NCBI GenBank assembly: GCA_963793655.1
Contig: CAWCAV010000010.1
Coordinates: 285,455-349,454 of the forward strand
DNA: 64,000 bases
Reading direction: 5' to 3'
Source: an uncultured Actinomycetes bacterium
GTDB taxonomy: Bacteria; Actinomycetota; Thermoleophilia; Gaiellales; Gaiellaceae
This document shows positions 22,571 through 34,730 of this stretch, in pieces (within the stretch, counting starts at the first letter, position 1; every line of letters starts with the position of its first letter). Under the pieces are notes generated by a model. That model ran no database searches and had not been told where the DNA came from. It worked only from the letters and a program-made list of their open reading frames with translations. A program made the position numbers and the translations under genes.

Positions 22571-24236
22571 CTAGCGCCAGGCGTCGATCGAGACCGCCGC
22601 CTTCTGCCCCTTGTTCGTCCGGAACTTCGCGCGCATCGGGGAGCCCATGAAGATGCTGAAGTGCCCGTTCGTCTCGCCGCCGGCGACGACGATGTTGATC
22701 CGGTCGGGCTCGAAGACCGGGATCAGCTCGTCGGGCGGCGCGTTCCAGTAGCTCGCGAACGGCTCGACGCCCGCCTCGACCTCCTCGTGGATCAGGTTGA
22801 GCATCGACGTGGTCCCAGAAGCGCCGCTGCGGGATCCTGCGCGTTCTCGTGGATCCAGAGGGCGAGCTTCTCCTTCGTGTCGAAGCCCCTCTCGACGAAC
22901 TCGCGCGCGACGATCGGGTCGAGCACGAGCGTGCACGCCCATCCCGGGCTCGAGCCCGCAGATCATCGCCTTGAGCTTCTCCTCCCAGTACGTGCGCAGG
23001 TACTCGGCCCAGACGTTGCCCCAGATGTACGAGACGGTGACCGTGCTCTCGTCCCGGTCGTAGCCGTGCTGCACGTGGTACGGCTCCCACGGGCTCGCTT
23101 CCTCGTTCTCGGCGAACGTGATGCAGTTGTAGGAGAAGTTGCAGCCCTGCGAGCCGGCGTACGTCTCGCCCGGCACCGAGCCGCCCTGGAGGTTCTGCGA
23201 GAGCGAGCCCGAACGCGCGGCCGATCGCCGAGTTGGCGTGGTTGTACGGCCCCATCGCGCCGATGCCGCTGTTCATCCCGATCTCGTGCCGGATCGGCCC
23301 GTTGACGACGACCATGTTGCCCATCGAGGACATGCTGCTCTGGCGCCCGGTGTCGCCGCTCGAGGCGAGCGCGAGGATCACCGGGAAGTACTCCGGCGCG
23401 GCGCCCGCCATGACGGCGTTCACCGCGACCTTCTCGACGTCGAAGTGCCAGTGCTCCATGCCGATCGTCGGCCGGAGCTTGCCGACCATCTCGTCGGGCG
23501 CGTGGCTCGTCCCCGCCAGCATCCGCTCGACGCGCTCCTCGGTCGGCAGGACGATCGGCAGGAAGTCCGTGTAGCGGCGCTCCCGGAAGAGCGCGTGCAT
23601 CTCCTCCTCGCTCGCCGCCTCGACGTAGCGCGGCGTCGAGCGGTCCCAGTCCTCGCCGCGCAGCTCGTCGGTCGGGAACGGGACGCGTGAGCTGGTCGAA
23701 GACCTCGGCCATGAACGGCCGGCCGTGGACGGGGTCGTCGCCCTCGACGTACTGCCGCAGCACGGCCGGCGGCGTGTTCATCAGCGGCGTCGGGCACGAA
23801 CACCTGCCGCGCGCTCGGCATGCCCTGCGTCTTCACGCGTGTTGCGCACGAGGTGCGCGAACACGTTCAGGTGGACGCCCACGGTCGGGACGCCGTACTT
23901 CGACTCCAGATCGACGACGTGGCCGGAGACCTCCGGCGCGCAGCCCGGTCAGGTGCCGACGCCGATGATGGCCGCGTCGCCCTCGGCCTTGATCCGCTCG
24001 CACAGCTCGGGATCGGGGATGTGCTGGTTGCGCCACCGGACGACCTCCGTCCGGATCGCCGGGCCGGTGCTCCTCGAACCAGCCGTGGAGCTGCGCCATG
24101 AAGTTGTCCGAGTTCGCGAAGCCGACGTCGACGAGGAAGAGCTTCTTCCCCTCGAGCGTGTCGAGGCCGGCGCCATCCCGCGCGCGCTCACCTTCGGCGG
24201 GTATCCCTCGGGGTTCAGGACCCTGAACATGGCCAA
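22571..24236 (-). CDS. UGSC-family selenoprotein (UxxC) fused to a large conserved domain; Sec at 23949-23951, plus indel frameshifts
   Basis: [19 protein letters not shown] continues in frame; SECIS 11 nt downstream; C-terminal [23 protein letters not shown] and ENEEASPW blocks; GAGGAGG RBS before TTG. Confidence 0.82.
23922..23951 (-). promoter_or_regulatory. Bacterial SECIS element with its UGA codon
   Basis: UGA + 11 nt + GCCGG-AGGUCU-CCGGC hairpin; spacing and loop match E. coli fdhF SECIS as recalled. Confidence 0.8.
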
Positions 24237-24287
24237 CTCGCACCTCCTCGGACCGCGGTCGATGCTACTCGATCGGCGATCTCTGCC

Positions 24288-25050
24288 TCACTCGCCGGCC
24301 CTGGCTCGTCGACGCCGCCTCGCCGATCGAGACCTGCTGCTCGCCCAGGTAGCTGGCGATCAGGAGCTCGCGGTCGGCGCTGCAGCACCTTCGCGCGGTC
24401 GTGGAGGACGATCTCGCCGTGCGAGAGCACGTAGCCGCGGTCGGCGATCTCGAGCGCGAGCTGGACGTGCTGCTCGACGAGCAGCACGCCGCAGCCCGTG
24501 TCGAGCGCGTACTGGCGCACGACCGGCAGCAGGCGCCTCGACGATCACGGGGGCGAGCCCGAGCGAGAGCTCGTCGAGCAGCAGCAGGCGCGGCCGGCGG
24601 GCGAGCCCGCGCGCGACGGCGAGCATCTGCTGCTCGCCGCCCGAGAGGAGCCCGACGCGCCGCGTGCGCAGCTCTCCGAGCTTCGGGAAGTACTCGTACG
24701 CGCGCTCCTCGTCGAGGCGCTCGCCGCGGTAGCCGAGGCGGAAGTGCTCGGCGACGGTGAGCCCGAAGAAGAGCCCGCGGCCCTCGGGGACGTGCACGAT
24801 CCCGCGGCGCGCCCGCTGCGTCGGGCGAGACGCGCGCGATGTCGCGCGCCGGCGAAGGCGATGCGCCCGCTCATCGGACGGACGAGCCCCGAGATCACCC
24901 TCAGCGTCGTCGTCTTGCCGGCCCCGTTCGGCGCCGAGCAGGGCGACCACCTCGCCCGGCGCCGACGGTCAGGTCGAGCGTCGCGGATCGACCGCCGCGC
25001 CGGTCGTAGCCGGCGGTCAGGCCCTCGATGCTCAGCACCGCGTCGCTCAT
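24288..25050 (-). CDS. Branched-chain-type ABC transporter ATP-binding protein (LivF-like), frameshifted
   Basis: [36 protein letters not shown]. Confidence 0.88.
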
Positions 25051-27892
25051 CGACGCTGTCGACCACCGGCTCCGAGCTCGGCCGCCGCGCTGCCCGAGAT
25101 AGGCCTCGATCACCCGCGGGTCGCGGCGCACGTCCTCGGGCGTGCCCGTGCGCGATCACCTTGCCCGAACTCGAGCACGACCACGTAGTCGCAGATCCCG
25201 AGCACGAGGCCCATGTCGTGGTCGACCAGCAGCATCGCCGTGCCGGCGTCGACCACTCGCGCGCAGCTGGCGCGCCGAGCTCCTCGCTCTCGTGCGTGTC
25301 GAGCCCCGCCGCCGGCTCGTCGAGGCAGAGGAGCCGCGGCTCGGCCGCGAGCGCGCGCGCGACCCCGACCAGCTTGCGCTGGCCCTGCGTGAGCTCGTCG
25401 GGCATCGCGTCCGCCGTCGCCTCGAGGCCGAGCAGCTCGAGGCCGCGTCGCGCCGCCGTCGTGCTCGCGACCGGCCGCGAGAGCACCTCGCTTGACCGTC
25501 GCCCACACCGACGGGCGGTAGGCGGCGACCGCGAGGTTCTCGCCGCACGGTCAGGTCGTCGAACAGCTCGATCGACTGCCACGTCCGCGCGAGCCCGCGC
25601 CGCGCGCGCTCGTGCGCGCGCCAGCCCGTCGAGCAGCTCGCCCGTCGAGCTCGACGCTGCCCGCCGTACGGCACGAAGCCCGATGATCGCGTCGATGAAG
25701 GTCGTCTTGCCGGCGCCGTTCGGCCCGATCAGCCCGACGAGCTGACCCTCCGGCGACCGTCGAGGTCGACGTCGTCGAGCGCCCGCACGCCGCCGAAGCG
25801 CGACCGAGATTCCGGTTCGCGGCGAGGACGGCGGCGCCTGGCTCGCTGCGGCTGCGGCCGGGTGCGCGAGGGATGCCACGGTCGCGCACGGTCGGCGTCG
25901 GCGTGCGCCGCCCCGGCGCGGCCGCCTCGGCGGCGAGCCGCCGCTGCTTCTGCTGCTTCTTCTTGTAGCCCGTGCCCGGCGATGCCCTCCGGGTTGACGA
26001 GCAGGGTGACGATCAGCGCGAAGCCGCCGACGAGCAGCGCCCAGTTCCCGGACAGGCCCGAACCACTCGTCGAAGGCATGCGGGAAGAGGCCCTCGGTCG
26101 CGCCGACGCCCGCGAGGACGGCCCCGGAGACCATCGTGATGCCCGCCGAAGTAGGCGAAGGCGATCAACCCGAGCGCCACCAGGGCCCCGAAGCGGCTGT
26201 AGCTGACCGAGCCCGAAGTTGTAGGCGTAGAGCGCCCCGGCCATCCCGGCGATGAACGCGGCGATCCCGAAGCCGGCGAGCTTCGTGTTGCGCACGTTGA
26301 TCCCGGCCGCCGCCGCGGCGCGCTCGTTGGAGCGCACGGCGAGCATCCGCTGTCCCAGGCTCGCGCGCCGCACGTTGGCGACGAGCAGGCCGAGGGCCAG
26401 CGTCGCCGCGAGGACGAGGAAGCCGAAGACCGGGCTCGGGAGCTTGTCGTCCAGGCCCCTGAACGAGGCGTCGGGAGCCGAGGTCGATGCCCGCCGAGCT
26501 TCGGCTGCTGGACCGGCGAGCCCGTCCCCCGCCGCCCCACCGCGCGTTGACGAAGCCGAACTGCTCGATCGCGACGGCGGCCGCGAGCGTCACGACCGCC
26601 AGGCTGACGCCGCGGACGCGCAGGGCCGAGACGCGCGACGAGCGAGCCCGACGACCGTCGCCGTGACGCCGCGCCGATGAGCGAGCGAGATCGGGAACTC
26701 GCCCAGATGCCGCCGACGTCCGTCGTCAGGTGCGACATCGTGAAGCCCGGCGACGCCGGCGAGCGCGAGCTGCACGACCGAGATCTGGCCGACGAAGCCG
26801 ATGATGACGACGAGCGAGAGGCAGATGACGATCGCCGAGCAGCGAGATGATCAGCGCCTGCCGGAAGTCGTACGGGAAGCACGATCAGCGCAGACGACGC
26901 CGACGACCGCGCGATCGCCGTCGGCCGGAGCAGCCGCTCGGGCCGGGGCACGGCCGGGCAGTCGCTGCTCGACGCAGCTCGCCGCGGCCGGGCAGGCTCG
27001 CCCCGCGCAGGAAGAGCGCCAGGACGATGACGAGGAAGACGAAGAGCTCGGGCAGCCCCCGAAGCGGCGCCCCGCCCTTGTCGGTCGGGAACCAGCTCTG
27101 CGTCGACCAGTAGATCGAGGAGCGCCTGGATCACGCCGATCGCGAGCCCGGCGAAGCACGCGATGAAGAACGACGTGAAGCCGGCGAGCAGCGCGGCGCC
27201 GAGCGCCGGCACGACCTGGAACGCCAGCGTCTGCGCGTCGAGCGCGATCAGCGGCGCGACCAGCACGCCGAGCCCACCGGCGACGACGCGATGCAAGGAC
27301 GGTGTTCGCGACCGCCAGGCGGCTCGGCGAGAGGCCGGCGAGCATGGCCGAGACCTCGTTCTCCGACGCCGCCCGCGTCGACAGCCCGAAGGGCGTCCAG
27401 CGGAAGAGCGCGGCCAGCGCCGCTGCCACGACGATCACGATCCCCGCGAGGCAGGAAGCGGTCGACCGGGACGACGCGGCCGAAGATCATGACGGTGTCG
27501 GTCGGAAGGACCGACGGCGCCGACTTCAGGCTGTTGCCGAAGATCGACGATCATCCCCGCCTCGCAGCACCAGCAGGAGACCGAGCGACGCAGCCAGCTT
27601 CGCGAGCGGCGCCGTGTTCCGGAGCGGGCGGAAGATGGTCAGCTCGATCAGGACGCCGAACGCGGCCATGCAGGCCAGCGTCAGGACGAACGCCGGGGCG
27701 GTCGAGAGCTGGAAGCCGAAGTAGTCCGGTCCTGAGCGCCCAGAAGATGTAGGCGGCGAGCATCGCGATCGCGCCCGTCGCGACGTTGATGACCCCGGAG
27801 CCGCGGTAGATCAGGACGACGCCGAGGGCGATGCTCGCGATGAGCGCGCCGGCGCCGAGGCCCAGCGCCGCGAAGAGCAGGACGTCCCGCAT
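25047..27892 (-). CDS. Fused double permease + ATPase of a branched-chain-type ABC transporter, heavily frameshifted
   Basis: IYRGSGVINVA (LivH-like), GQISVVQLA and AVRSNERAAAAAG (LivM-like), GPNGAGKTT and LDEPAAG (LivG-like). Confidence 0.78.
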
Positions 27893-27963
27893 CCGATCTC
27901 AGTCTCTCGACGAGCGCGGTGGGCCCGGCTCGTCGGGGGCCCACCGACCGGTCTCGTCGAGCC

Positions 27964-29250
27964 CTACTTCGCCCCTGGCGGCTTCAGCCAGCCCGTGGCC
28001 ACCTTCCACTTGCCCTGACCCACGTAGTTGTAGAACTGGGTCTGGTTGCCGCAGGCGGCCGGCTCCCCGGGGACGACCTTGCCGCAGGCGATCTGCGGCG
28101 GCCCCAGCACGAGGGGGCCGCGAAACGCCTTGAACCCCGCGGTGATCGTCGCCGGGCTGATCTTGCGCGTACGGGCATCGCGTTCATGATCTTCACGGTC
28201 GCGAGGAGCTGCTCCCAGGCGCCCTCCGCGAAGACCCAGAGCAGGTCGTTCACGGTCGCCCCGTACTGGATGCCCTTCTTCAGGTACAGCTTCGACTGCG
28301 GCCCCGGCAGGTTCACCAGCGTCTGGGCGATCCCGTACGTCCACTTCGGGAATGTCGCCGCCTGCGTACGCAGCCCGCGGCAGGAACGTGCAGATCGGCG
28401 TCGAGAGCACCGGCTTCGAGTAGTTGATCTGGTCGATCGCCCTCGCGAACGGGACGCACGTCGTGAAGCCGAGCGCCGCGATGATCATGTCGGCCGAGCT
28501 CGCCTGGGTCGCCGCCCCGAGCAGGTCGGTCGCGAGCGGCGGGACGCCGATCATCGTGACCTTGACCCCGACCTGCTCCATGCGCCTTCTTGAGCGCCTG
28601 CGCCGCCGTGTCGGCGCCCGGGTCGGTCGGGTAGACGATCGGCGGTGGTCTTCACCTTGGGCAGGTACTGCTTCGTGTAGGTGCCGAAGGGGCCGAGCAC
28701 GCTCGTCTGGCTGCCGTTCAGGAAGAACGTGTTCTTCGCCGTCGGGTCGGCCGCGTTCGCGGTGACGACGCCGACGATCGGCTTCGTGCCCTTCACGGTC
28801 GCGTAGATCGACTGGTTCCCGACGGTCACGAACCCGTAGAGGATCGCCATCGTGCCCTTGTCGTTGACCATCTGCTGGCCGCAGCGCACGCCTTCCTCCT
28901 CTGCCTGCGCCCAGAAGCACTCGTTGAGCTTGACCGGGTGGCCGTGGACGCCGCCGAGCTCGGCGTTCACCATCTTCACCCCGGCGCGAATGACGTTCGT
29001 CGCCTGCGGGAAGTTGAAGTTGGGCGGGCCGCCCTGGCCGTTGATGAAGCCGATGGTGACGGGCGCCAGCTTCGGGTTCGCCTTGCCCTTGCCGCCGACA
29101 TACGACCTGGTAATTCAGGACCTGCGGCGGCGAGACGGCGCTCGTGGCCGCGACGGCCGAGACGGTCGCCGATGAGCACCGTCACGACTGCGAGCAACGG
29201 CCATCAGGCGTCGGCGTCGGCGATTCTCGACGATGGTTGCGCGGACGCAT
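27964..29250 (-). CDS. ABC transporter substrate-binding protein (Leu/Ile/Val fold), frameshifted
   Basis: PVTIGFIN, VNAELGGVHGHPVKLNEC; AGGAGG RBS; upstream of permease. Confidence 0.8.
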
Positions 29251-29476
29251 ACGTACTTCCTCCTTCTGCCGATCTACGGCATGCCGTCGAAGTGCCCGTG
29301 CGTCCGCGATCGCGCGAACGACCTCAGATGGGTCGCGGCCTCCTCGAATGGCTCGCGGCGTCGCTCACTCTCGGCTCACTCCCGCTCTCTGGACGTCACG
29401 ATCGAGCGAGATTACTCCGCTCGTAACGAAAGTGTCAACAAAAATGTCGATGACAGGCTCGCCGACCTGCCAGACG

Positions 29477-30382
29477 TCATGTCGAGCGCTGGTCGAGCAC
29501 CGTGCGGAAGATCGGGTTGGAGAGCAGGAAGCGGATGTCGTCCGCCCGCTCGTCGTCGAGCGGCTCGTCCGGAAACGAGGCGAGCATCGCGCGGAAGCGC
29601 TCGTCGGCGCCCTCGCGGAACTCCCGGTGGGTGAAGATGTACAGGTCGTCGCGGCGGATGCCTCGCGAGCACGCGCTCTCCGCATTCCCGCGGGTCCATC
29701 CAGAGCGGCGAGTTGGGGCGCTCCTCGAGCTCCTGCTCGAGCTCCGTGTAGCCGGAGTCGGCGTACCGCTCGGGCCGCGTCCTGCCGCCCTCGCGGATGT
29801 TCGTCTGCACCGGCCCGGGACAGAACGCGGAGACGCCGATCCCCTCTCCGGCGATCTCGCTCGCGGAGCGCCTCGGAGAGCCCGATCACCGCGGCCTTGG
29901 CCGTGATGTAGATCGCGGCGCCGGGGATCGGCAGGACGCCGGCCATCGACGAGGTGTTGACGATGTGCCCGCCCTCGCCGTGGTCGAGCATGCCGTGGCA
30001 GGAACGTCTGGATCCCGTTGACGACGCCGCCGAGCAGCACACCCAGGCCCCAGTCCCAGTCGTCGTAGCGCGCCAGCGTGACCGGCCCGAGGATGCCCAT
30101 GCCGGCGTTGTTGCAGAGCACGTGCACGTTGCCGAAGACGCGCTCCGCCTCGTCGGCCGCGCGCGCGAAGCCCTCGCGGTCGGTGACATCGAGCTCGATC
30201 GCGTGCACGTTCTGCCGCCGCCCGCTCTCGGCCAAGCGCTCCAGAGCGGTCTCGAGGTGGTCGGGACGGAGGTCGGCGATCACGACGTTCATCCCCGCTG
30301 CGACGAACGCCTCGCTCATACCGAGCCCGATCCCGCTCGCACCGCCGGTGACGAACGCGGTCTTGCCGGCGACCTCTTCCAT
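29477..30382 (-). CDS. SDR oxidoreductase (LigL-like), frameshifted
   Basis: TGGASGIG, NNAG, NTSS, YITAK. Confidence 0.88.
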   Translation of the reverse strand: MEEVAGKTAFVTGGASGIGLGMSEAFVAAGMNVVIADLRPDHLETALERLAESGRRQNVHAIELDVTDREGFARAADEAERVFGNVHVLCNNAGMGILGPVTLARYDDWDWGLGVLLGGVVNGIQTFLPRHARPRRGRAHRQHLVDGRRPADPRRRDLHHGQGRGDRALRGAPRARSPERGSASPRSVPGRCRRTSARAAGRGPSGTPTPATRSSSRSSRSAPTRRSGWTRGNAESACSRGIRRDDLYIFTHREFREGADERFRAMLASFPDEPLDDERADDIRFLLSNPIFRTVLDQRST

Positions 30383-30387
30383 GCGGC

Positions 30388-31279
30388 CTAGCGGTCGCCC
30401 GGCCAGGAGGCGAGGGCGCGCGCCTTCCCTGCGCGCCGGCTGTCCTCGACCGCCAACCGGTCCGCGGGCACCGGCTCGTCGGGGAATGCGGCGATGATCT
30501 CGTCGAAGATCCCGCGCAGCTCGTCTCGATGGTCGGGGTGGGTGAAGACGTAGAAGTCGTTCCGCTTGATCGCGCGCAGGATCTTCGCGCCGATCTCGTC
30601 CGGGTCCATCCCGGCCTCGTGCAGACCGGGGAGGATGCGCATGAACTCCTCGTCGGCCGGGGTCACGTCGGTCGAGAGCTCCGCAGGCCGGATCAGGTCG
30701 CTCTCGTAGATCTTGCTCCTGACGAGGCCGGGGCAGACCATCGAGACGCCGATCCCGTGCGGTAGCAGGCTCCAGCGCAGCGCGTCGGACAGCCCGTGCA
30801 CTGCGAACTTCGCCGTCGTGTAGATCCCGGCGCCCGGACCGGCGACGAGCGCGGCCATCGACGCCGTGTTGACGACGTGCCCGCCCTCGCCGTGCGCCTT
30901 GATCCTGGGCACGAAGGTGACGACCCCGTTGACCACCCCGCCGAGGTTGACGCCGAGCACCCAGTCCCAGTCCTGGTAGGTCGCCTCGGCGATGTCGTTG
31001 AAGAGGTTGATGCCCGCGTTGTTGCAGAGGACGTGCACGTTCCCGAGCGATGCGCTCTGTCTCGTCTGCGGCGCGCGCGAAGGCCTCCCGGTCGGTGACG
31101 TCCAGCCGGATCGCATGGACGTCACCCCCGAGCTCGGCCGTCGCCTCCTCGAGATGGTCGGCCCGCATGTCGGCGATCGCCACCTTCATCCCGGCGCCGA
31201 CGAAGGCCTTGGCCATGCCGAGCCCGACTCCGCTCCCACCTCCGGTGATGAAGGCGACTCTGCCTTCGACGTCCCGCAT
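30388..31279 (-). CDS. SDR oxidoreductase (LigD/LigO-like), one frameshift
   Basis: TGGGSGVG, NNAG, NTAS, YTTAK. Confidence 0.88.
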
Positions 31280-31360
31280 CGGCTTCGAGACCTTATAGGC
31301 TCGGTCGCGCACAGCCCAGCATCGGGAGGAGGCGCCGATGGCGACGAGGAGGCGACGGCG

Positions 31361-32500
31361 GTGGTGAGAGCGGACGTCGTGGGAAGCCTGCTGCGGCCCG
31401 AGTACCTCCGGGAGGCGAGGGCGGCCGCGCTGGCCGGAACGATCGAAGCCGATGAGCTGCGTGCAGCGGAGGACCGCGCGGTGCTCGAGGCGATCGCACT
31501 CCAGGAGGGTGCAGGGATCGAGGCGATCACGGACGGCGAGTACCGGCGGCACGGGTGGATCGCGTTGATCCCGATCATCGACGACCCGCTCTTCAGGGCG
31601 CCCGTGAGCGGCTTCGAGTTCCTCGACGCCGACTCCGGCTGGCGCAACCTCTGGAAGACGGGCTCGGGCGAGCCCGCCGACACCTCCGGGCTGCCTCCCG
31701 AGGAGCCGTTCGTCACTCGGCGGCTCGAGGTCGACCGCGACATCGTCACGGACGAGTTCGCGTTCCTGAAGGCGAACGCCCACGCGCGCGCGAAGTACAC
31801 GATCCCGGCGCCGAGCTGGCATCGCATCTACTGGCATCCCGAGCACTCGTCCGACGCGTATCCGACGTCGGACGACTTCATCGCCGACGTCACCCGCATC
31901 CTCCGCGAGCACGTCGTCGACCGGCTGGTCGCGCTCGGCTGCGACTACATCCAGATCGACGCGCCCAACTACGCCCAGTGGCACATCGACCCGGTGAACC
32001 GAGCGGCGTTCGAGGAGCACGGGCACGACATGGCGCACGAGCTCGTCGCGGATGCCGAGTTCGACAGCATGGTCTTCGAGGGCCTCACCGGCGTGACGCG
32101 GGCGATGCACATGTGCCGCGGCAACGCGCCGGGCGGCATGTGGGCTGCGACCGGGGGCTACGAGGCGATCTCGAAGGAGGTCTTCCCGCGCCTCCGGAAC
32201 CTCGACCGGCTCCTGCTCGAGTACGACTCGGACCGCGCCGGCACCTTCGAGCCGCTTGCTGACGTGCTCCCGACTCATCAGGTCGTGCTCGGGCTCGTGA
32301 CGACGAAGGACGGCACGCCCGAGGATCCGAAGGACCTCGTCGCCCGTGTAGAGGAGGCGACCCGGTACGTGCCGCTCGAGCGGTTGGCGGTCAGCCCGCA
32401 GTGCGGGTTCGCGTCCGGTGTGATCGGCGCGATGACCGCCGAGCAGCAGGAGGCGAAGCTGCGGCTCATCGGGGACGTCGCCCGGCAGGTCTGGGGGTAG
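31361..32500 (+). CDS. Cobalamin-independent methionine synthase II family (MetE-like Zn-thiol alkyltransferase core)
   Basis: ADVVGSLLRP, ITDGEYRR, IQIDAP, HMCRGN...LEYD...PQCGFAS. Confidence 0.9.
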   Translation: MVRADVVGSLLRPEYLREARAAALAGTIEADELRAAEDRAVLEAIALQEGAGIEAITDGEYRRHGWIALIPIIDDPLFRAPVSGFEFLDADSGWRNLWKTGSGEPADTSGLPPEEPFVTRRLEVDRDIVTDEFAFLKANAHARAKYTIPAPSWHRIYWHPEHSSDAYPTSDDFIADVTRILREHVVDRLVALGCDYIQIDAPNYAQWHIDPVNRAAFEEHGHDMAHELVADAEFDSMVFEGLTGVTRAMHMCRGNAPGGMWAATGGYEAISKEVFPRLRNLDRLLLEYDSDRAGTFEPLADVLPTHQVVLGLVTTKDGTPEDPKDLVARVEEATRYVPLERLAVSPQCGFASGVIGAMTAEQQEAKLRLIGDVARQVWG

Positions 32501-32502
32501 CG

Positions 32503-33688
32503 TCAGCCGTCCCGGTGCCGCTCGACGACGAACGCCTCGTCGTTGAACCAGAGCGCGCCGTGCTCGTGCAGGACGTCCTGCGTGACCCCGAGGTAGCGCC
32601 CCTCGCGGAGCGCCTCCTCGAGGCGCTCGTCCTCGATCTGGTTCACGTAGATGACGGCGTTCCAGGCGGCGAAGAGCGTTGAGGTGCCGATCCGGTCTCC
32701 GATCTCGGAGGGCAGGGTGTGCATCCGGTAGCGGAACACCGCCTCGGCGTCGGTGGGATCGGCGAGGTCGTAGTCACCCGGCCTCGTCGCCGAGCGCCGC
32801 CCGCAGCGTCTCGATCAGCGCGTGGCGGTCGACGGTGAACGGCATCTCGCCCGGCCAGAGCCGCTCGACGATCTCGGCGGCCGGATCGCGGCCCCATGAC
32901 TGAACCGTCAGGAGGCGGCCGCCGGGCGCCAGGCTCCTGGTCAGCGGCGCCAGGATCTTCTCGACCTTGAAGGCAGCGCCCATGCGCGCGCGCCACGGTT
33001 GCGACGCGAGCACGAAGTCGTACGACGTGTCGCGCTGCCGGACCCGGCCGATGACGTCGTCGAGCAGGAACTCGTGGTCGCGGCGGTAGAGCACGAGGAC
33101 CGACGGCTGCTGCGGCACCGGGTTGCCGGTCTCCGGATTCGGGCTCGTCCCCCAGCCCGAAGCGAGGATGGGCCCGAGCGCCTCGATCTGCTCGCCGAGC
33201 TCGTGCGCGGATGCGCCTTCGAGCGGCACCTCCCGCCAGCTGAGAATCGCGGCCCTCTCCGGATCGCTCGGCTGGAGCGCGGGCGCGTCGGCGTAGGACA
33301 GGTTCGTGACGACGAGCACCGTGTGGGGGTGCTCGACGAAGCGGTCCGGCATCTTCTCGAGCCCGAGGCGGACGTCCTCGAGGCTGATCTCCTTCGCCAC
33401 CGCGAGCACGGGCACGGTCGGAAAGCGGTGGTGCACCGTCCGGAGCACGCGCGAGAGCACGGTCCCGTCGCCCATGCCCGCGTCGAAGAGGCGAAGCGCC
33501 GGAGGTGTCGGCCGCAGCTCCGTCAGCTCGTCGGCGCAGCGGGCCGCGATGACGGCCTTCTCGTTGCACGTGGTGACGAAGGCCAGGTACTTCTGGCGGT
33601 TGTCGTAGAAGCGAAACGGGGTCGACTCGGCCGCACGGGTCGGCTGCGCGGGCTTCGTCGGGCGCGATTGGTCGCTCGGCTCACCCAA
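32503..33688 (-). CDS. Class I SAM-dependent methyltransferase-like protein, frameshift near 32750
   Basis: FDAGMGDG motif I; YDFVLASQ, LAPGGRLL. Confidence 0.7.
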
Positions 33689-34620
33689 AGACGATCACCG
33701 CGCGGCCGCGCAGGCCGCCGGCCTCCATGCGGCGTTGCGCGTCGGCCGCCTGCTCCGGGGGATACGTGTCGGCGACCCGCAGCGCCAGCACGCCCCGCTC
33801 CGCGAGCTCGCGCGCCTCCAGCAGCCAGTCCGTCCGGTCGAGCACGGTCCCGACCATGACCCGCTGGATCCGGATGCCCTCCTCGACGTCGTCGCCGTCC
33901 CAGCCCCTGACGACGGCGATGCGCGCCGCCGCCGCGGATGGCCGCGAACATGCCGCGCCCGAGGAGCGCCGTGTCGAAGACGGCGTCGACACCCTCGGGA
34001 ACAACGTCGCGCACCGCGGCCGCGAGCTCGGCGCCACGCGGCAGAACGACAGCGGCGCCGAAGCTTCGGACGAGCTCCTCGTCCTCCGGGCTTGCGTCGG
34101 CGAGCACGCGGAGCCCGCGGTCCTTCGCGATGCCGATCACGTAGGAGGCGAGCAGGCCCGCGCCTCCGGTGACGGCGAGCGTCTGGCCCTCGACGAGGCC
34201 GAGAAGGTCGAGGCCGTGCAGCGCCGTTAACCCGTTCATCGGCAGCGTCGCCGCCTGCTCGAGCGTGGCGCCCTGCGGGACGGGAACCACGGACGCCGCG
34301 GGGACGACCAGAAGCGCCGCCTGCGCGCCGCCCTCCGCTCGCCGCGGGGACAGTGCGGCCATCGCCTCGTCGCCGACCGAGAGGTGCTCCACTCCGGCTC
34401 CGACCGACTCGACGGTGCCGGCGGCGTCCATGCCGGGAACCCAGGGTGCGGGCTGTCCCTCGACGCCGAGCTGTCGTACGGCGATGTCCGCCGGGTTCAC
34501 GGCGGCCGCCCTGACGGCGAGCCGGACCTCGCCCGGCCCGACATCCCGGACCTCGCGCTCGACCACGCGCAGGATCTCCGGCCCACCCGGCCGGGTGATC
34601 CCCACCGCTCGCGTCGTCAT
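33681..34620 (-). CDS. NADP-dependent MDR/quinone oxidoreductase, frameshifted
   Basis: AAVNPAD, PGMDAAGTV, TGGAG, VDAVFD. Confidence 0.88.
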
Positions 34621-34730
34621 CACCACGGCGTCACACCCTATGTGCTCCGACCGTGTCGAGCGTGGGAGCTGTATCTGATTATAAACTAACAAATGTGTTC
34701 TTCTTTCTTAAGTTGAGCTACGATCAGACG

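Noticed and set aside
29477-32278. 933-aa fusion ORF
   Set aside because: Artefact joining the antisense of the MetE-like gene to frameshifted parts of two separate SDRs
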